Part shown: one piece after another, positions 62,417-64,000 of the stretch
How the letters are laid out: each line of letters starts with the position of its first letter
Numbering within the stretch: position 1 is the stretch's first letter
NCBI RefSeq assembly: GCF_009914755.1
Contig: NC_060925.1
Source: the human T2T-CHM13v2.0 reference genome, Homo sapiens
Reading direction: 5' to 3' (one strand)
Length of the DNA stretch: 64,000 bases
The notes under the pieces: model-generated
Databases searched by the model: none
Seen by the model: only the letters and a program-made list of their open reading frames with translations
What the model was told of the DNA's origin: nothing
Translations under genes and position numbers: made by a program

Positions 62417-62678
62417 GGGAAAAGAACTAGAAACCACAATGAAAGACAAACGAATGGGTATGTTAAACAGCAGATTTAGCTAAAAAGAAAGATGATTAAC
62501 TGAAAGATGGTTCCTAGAAGAAACGTCCGAGGAAATTACTCAGAATGCAGTCAGAAAAATTAAGAAATTGAAATGATGTAATAAAAGTCAAAATACAGGA
62601 AGAATGGGCTAAGAAAATCCAACGTATGTCCAACAGAAGGGCAGCAGGCGAGGTTAGAGAGAATTAAAGGAGTAGACA

Positions 62679-63220
62679 CTGTTGGCTACCTACCCAGCAA
62701 CCATTCTCAGTTTTTTCTTAACTAGCAGACCTCTGACTTTGTCTGGTGTCCAACCCTCCTCCAAGTGCCTCAGAGAAGCCTGATCTTATCCCTAGTTCTG
62801 GGATACAGATCCTGATTGGTCTAAACTAATCACTATGTTCCCTTTCTTCTTGCAGTTCTGGCAGTCGCCACCTGTAGTTAGGCAGGAGGAAAAGTCTTTG
62901 ATGAGGGGAAGGGGGAAGATTTTTGGGTAAAGCTGCTTTGATCACACAAAGACACAAGGAAGATAAATCTCCCTAATGACCCTAGTGGCAAAGACAGAAA
63001 GGGAGCCTGGAGCTGTGGCAGTCGTCTTGAGACCATTAGGGATGCGAAGCCAACATGCTGAGCATGGCTGAAAAGAAAGGCTGGTCCTTGGGCTAATAAA
63101 TTAATAAATCCTGAAGTCACCTTTCTCCTGGCTTTTTGTTATGTGAAGTAATACATTTTTAAAAACTGTTTTTAAAGCTATTTTGAGTTGGGTTTCTGTT
63201 GCTTGAGCCAAACATATCCA
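62679..63220 (+). mobile_element. Old MLT1-like LTR
   Basis: tgttggctacctaccc...tttgagttgggtttctgttgctt. Confidence 0.55.
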
Positions 63221-63677
63221 ATCTACTAGAGTTAACAAGAATTTAGAGGTATGATTGAACATTTTCTAGGATTAAAGAAATATCCTCAAATTGAAAGAGC
63301 ATATCAAGTTCTGAAAATAATTTTTTAAAAGCCTGTATCAAGACACATCATAATAAAAAATGAAAACACCAACATACAGAGAAATGGAAAAAACAATTTC
63401 ACCTATAGAGTAACAGTGAGATAAATAGTAGACTCTTCAACAGAAAAAAAAAAAAAGAGGCCAGAAAACAATGGAATAATATCTAAGGAAAGGAACCTTT
63501 GCCCTAAAGTTCTATAATATTCAAGAGAAGGTGAATATACTTCTGGGGTGAACAAAACCTGAATGGTTACTAATGACAACTCTTGAGTGATCTGCTTACA
63601 AATACATTTCATGAAGAAGAAAACAATCCAGAGATAAGAGGTAGGGTACAAGAATCAACTGTTAGAAAAAAATTTGG

Positions 63678-63999
<322 letters not shown>

Positions 64000-64000
64000 A

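Overview
Human (primate) genomic DNA that I recognise from its exons as the 1q24.2 DCAF6/GPR161 junction. The + strand carries the 3' part of DCAF6 (IQWD1/NRIP): a 42-nt cassette exon, the IQ-motif exon, the C-terminal WD40 exons and the terminal exon (stop at 26900, polyA signals near 27.2-27.3 kb). The - strand carries the five coding exons of the ciliary GPCR GPR161. They splice to exactly 1590 nt (529 aa) and are followed by an apparently ~6 kb 3' UTR, so the two genes end tail-to-tail about 3.7 kb apart. The rest is intronic DNA rich in Alu, L1, L2, MaLR and DNA-transposon sequence. The most notable items are: (1) a full-length, ORF-intact, very young GCSH retrocopy with a 15-bp TSD and poly(A), antisense in a DCAF6 intron; (2) a perfect 137-bp AT-rich palindrome (68-bp arms, 1-nt spacer) with a template-switch-like scar in the last DCAF6 intron; (3) candidate GPR161 regulatory features: a uORF ending 2 nt before the main AUG, an intron-4 read-through giving a 407-aa receptor without its PKA-anchoring tail, two full CRE sites and a CTCF consensus in the 3' UTR. 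I see no evidence for a wholly new gene system. Repeat boundaries and subfamily names were assigned by eye and are approximate.
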